Assembly (NCBI GenBank): GCA_965222375.1
Contig: CBDCTZ010000016.1
Span: 960,001 to 1,024,000 of the forward strand
Length of the DNA: 64,000 nt
Source: Polyangiaceae bacterium
GTDB lineage: Bacteria > Myxococcota_A > Polyangia > Polyangiales > Polyangiaceae
Direction of reading: 5' to 3'
The translations under genes were made by a program, and so were the position numbers. Below, piece by piece: positions 61,537 through 64,000 of this stretch. How positions within the stretch are numbered: the first letter of the stretch is position 1; every line of letters begins with the position of its first letter. The notes beneath the pieces were generated by a model, which was not told the origin of the DNA, ran no database searches, and was given only the letters and a program-made list of their open reading frames with translations.

Positions 61537-61965
61537 ATGAGCCGTTTCGTCGTGTGTCCCAACTGTGAGCGTCATGTTCGGCGCAGTGAAGCGACCTGCC
61601 CATTTTGCCAGTCGGCGGTGCCCAGCGGCGTACGCAATCATGTTCTGCCCGCGCCCCTGACGGGGCTATCACGCGCCCGAGCGTATGCGTTTCGAGCCGC
61701 CTTGGTCGCGACCGGCTCGGCTGTAGCTTGCGGCGGTGGCACCGAGAACCCAGCACCCGCTGATGCTGGCGGGGACGGCTCTGGTGCCACGGCGGGTACC
61801 GGTGGCATCGCGACCGGCGGTGGTGCTGGCAAGGCGGGTGGCGCCGGCACCGGTGGTACGACGACGGGCGGTAATTCTGGAACCGGTAACAATCCCGGTG
61901 GCGGCGGTTGGCCCATGCCTTACGGCTGCGTCTGGCCTGGCGAGTGCGGCCCTATTTTCGCTTGA
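61537..61965 (+). CDS. Zinc-ribbon/Gly-rich small protein
   Basis: CPNC...CPFC, hydrophobic stretch with AVAC, Gly linker, MPYGC tail. Confidence 0.7.
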   Translation: MSRFVVCPNCERHVRRSEATCPFCQSAVPSGVRNHVLPAPLTGLSRARAYAFRAALVATGSAVACGGGTENPAPADAGGDGSGATAGTGGIATGGGAGKAGGAGTGGTTTGGNSGTGNNPGGGGWPMPYGCVWPGECGPIFA

Positions 61966-62000
61966 GGATTCCCGCGACCGACCAACTTACTCGATCCGGA

Positions 62001-63581
62001 CTAGAACTCAAAGGCGCCGATGTCGATCGCTGCGCCCTTTGGGCGAGCCGTTCCGTCGAAGTCGAGCCCAAGCGCGATGGTGGTGTCCCCCTGGTCGACG
62101 GCAGGGCTGCCAGCAGTTAGGTGAAAGTCACCTTTCGCGAAGTCGACGAAGAGCGGATCGCTTTGGACGAGGTGGGGATCTGAGAAACCCGGCATGCCGG
62201 CAGATATACTGGCGGCGGCGACCAGGTTGTGCGTGGCGACCAGGTTGGTTACGGGCTGGTCGAAAGTGAAGGCGATGCCTTTGGTAGCGATGATGTTGTT
62301 CTTGACGGTGATGTCGGACATGCTCGGGTACCGAAACAGCAGGCCCGTGGGATTGCTGGCAAATGGCATCCGTCGGTTGTCGATGGTATTGTTGAATACC
62401 TCGATCCTGGAGACCTTTCCCGTATTGGGCGACCCCTTCCAAGCGGGAAATCCGATCCCAATGAAGTGCGTGTCGTGAACTAGGTTGTTGAACACGCGAA
62501 CGTTCTCCAGCAGTCCTTCCTTCTCGCTAGTCAGTCCAATCCCAATGGCGCAATTGCGGGCGATGTTCGAGTAGAGCTCGATGTCGTGGGTGTGTTTCGA
62601 CCAGGCGTCGACGTAAAAACACATGGCTGGCAAGTCGTGAGCCATGTTCTTGACCACCTTTCCATTGAACGAGCCGCTCTTGACGTCGATACCGGCGCAG
62701 GTCTTGGGCCAATCCTGTGTGTTCCAGACCGTGTTGAAACTCACTTCGAACTGAGTCGTGTTGTGCACGGACAGGCACTCTTGGGAGCCGGTTGTTCGCC
62801 CATCTTGCACGCGGTTGCTCCGGACCATGACCGAGGCCGCGCTCCAGATCCCGATGCCGGCGCTGGCGGTGCGCATGGTGTGGTTGTCGTCGATGACGAT
62901 ATGCGAGCCTTTCTCGACGCCGATGCCCATCTGTGTACCCGTTCCTTCCACGTCTCGAATGGTCAACCCGCTAACGCGGACGTAGTCACTCTCGATCAAG
63001 ACCAGACCGTGGATCCCGATGGCCTTGGGCACCGGGACGCCGGTGCCGTCCAAGATCACCTTTTCCCCCGGGTAGGCAGCCAGAGTGATGTACTTGTCCG
63101 CGGCACCCGAGTTGGACGATCGGAAATGTACGCTCTGGTTGTAGGTGCCCTTGCGCACGAGAATCACGGTGCCAGGCACCGCTACGTCAACCGCCTTCTG
63201 CAGCGTCAGAAACGGTGCCGCCAGTGTCCCCGGATTGCTGTCTTTGCCCGTCGTGGCCACGTAAAGATCGCCGGTCGAGGGAATGGGCTGTTTGACGACC
63301 GTCGATTCAGGCAGCCAGTCAGGAAGCAACGGGTCGGTGCCGCCAGCGTCCCCGCCACCGGTGCTGGTACCTCCGGTTCCCGTGCCGCCGGTTCCCATGC
63401 CTCCCGTCCCCCTGCCTCCCGTCCCTGTGGCGCCGGTTCCCGTGGCGCCGGTTCCGGTCGCGCCGGTGCCCGTCGCGCCGCCCGTTCCTGGAGTCCCTGA
63501 GGATTCGTTGCCGCACGCCCCGAGAAGCAGACCGGCCACGGCAACACCGAGCCATCCCGCGAATGTGATTGCTGCGCGCAT
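62001..63581 (-). CDS. Lipoprotein with right-handed beta-helix (DUF1565/pectate-lyase-like)
   Basis: Lipobox LGAC; GTGAT repeats; YVATTGKDSNPGT..APFLTLQKA; Asn-ladder repeats; DIGAFEF end. Confidence 0.85.
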   Translation of the reverse strand: MRAAITFAGWLGVAVAGLLLGACGNESSGTPGTGGATGTGATGTGATGTGATGTGGRGTGGMGTGGTGTGGTSTGGGDAGGTDPLLPDWLPESTVVKQPIPSTGDLYVATTGKDSNPGTLAAPFLTLQKAVDVAVPGTVILVRKGTYNQSVHFRSSNSGAADKYITLAAYPGEKVILDGTGVPVPKAIGIHGLVLIESDYVRVSGLTIRDVEGTGTQMGIGVEKGSHIVIDDNHTMRTASAGIGIWSAASVMVRSNRVQDGRTTGSQECLSVHNTTQFEVSFNTVWNTQDWPKTCAGIDVKSGSFNGKVVKNMAHDLPAMCFYVDAWSKHTHDIELYSNIARNCAIGIGLTSEKEGLLENVRVFNNLVHDTHFIGIGFPAWKGSPNTGKVSRIEVFNNTIDNRRMPFASNPTGLLFRYPSMSDITVKNNIIATKGIAFTFDQPVTNLVATHNLVAAASISAGMPGFSDPHLVQSDPLFVDFAKGDFHLTAGSPAVDQGDTTIALGLDFDGTARPKGAAIDIGAFEF

Positions 63582-63836
63582 ACTCCCTGGTCGGTGCAGT
63601 TCCCGTGCCGAAGTCGGCAAACTTGTTGCTGGTGGTGGATCCGTGGGGCGCGGCGCCGAGCGATCGGGCGCCGTTGAGATCGCACGGCGCGGGAACCTTG
63701 CTCACCTTGCGCGAACTCTCGCCAGGCTTGAGCAGGTTCCGAGCGCCCCGGAGTTTCCTGTCGCTGCTCAGGCGGCGCAAAACGGGTTGTAAACGTCGGA
63801 GGCGTCTTGGTGTGGTGCTTGCAACCGCAACCGGCA

Positions 63837-64000
63837 ATGAGAGCTATTCCTGTCATTGGGGTCCTGCTGTACGTGATTGGTTGTTCGTCGGGTAGCGATG
63901 GCGACGGCGCTGGCAGCTCGTCGTCGGGCGGTGGGGTCGCTGGAACCTCTGGGGCGGGCGCTAGCGCTGGCAGTGGCGGGAGCTCTGCGGGGGCAGCGGG
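63837..64000 (+). CDS. Lipoprotein, partial (runs off window end)
   Basis: Hand-translated MRAIPVIGVLLYVIGC followed by a Gly/Ser linker. Confidence 0.65.
   Translation, partial: MRAIPVIGVLLYVIGCSSGSDGDGAGSSSSGGGVAGTSGAGASAGSGGSSAGAA

Noticed and set aside
63355..63490. 15-bp tandem repeats, and similar Gly-rich repeats at 24550-24700 and 48260-48360
   Set aside because: They encode ordinary Gly/Thr lipoprotein linkers, not DNA-level elements.

Overview
High-GC chromosomal window, most likely from a myxobacterium (Myxococcota, probably Polyangia). The basis is a MYXO-CTERM protein, many Gly/Cys-rich lipoproteins and ECF sigma/anti-sigma modules. Core genes: fghA, moaA, moaC, moaE, mobA, moeA, ppk1, prkA, an MFS transporter and a FixL-like hybrid kinase. 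Main candidates for undescribed biology: (1) a three-gene operon at 12.0-16.6 kb joining a POTRA-less Omp85-type barrel, a lipoprotein with HipA/PI3K-like kinase motifs and an NTT/TLC nucleotide translocase; (2) a methyltransferase resembling fungal sphingolipid C9-methyltransferase, upstream of a MerR-PAQR-lipase operon with a perfect 14-bp operator palindrome; (3) a coupled five-gene envelope operon with Zn-phospholipase-C-like and gluzincin motifs; (4) a TIGR04255/HEAT/toxin-like cassette; (5) a decaying ~11.7 kb island carrying IS91/ISCR-type remnants, bounded by two synonymously diverged copies of the same gene junction. An 86-bp tandem duplication at the moaC/moaE junction creates a mini-ORF that preserves translational coupling. 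No rRNA, tRNA or CRISPR array was recognised. All family calls come from motifs read by eye, not from database searches.
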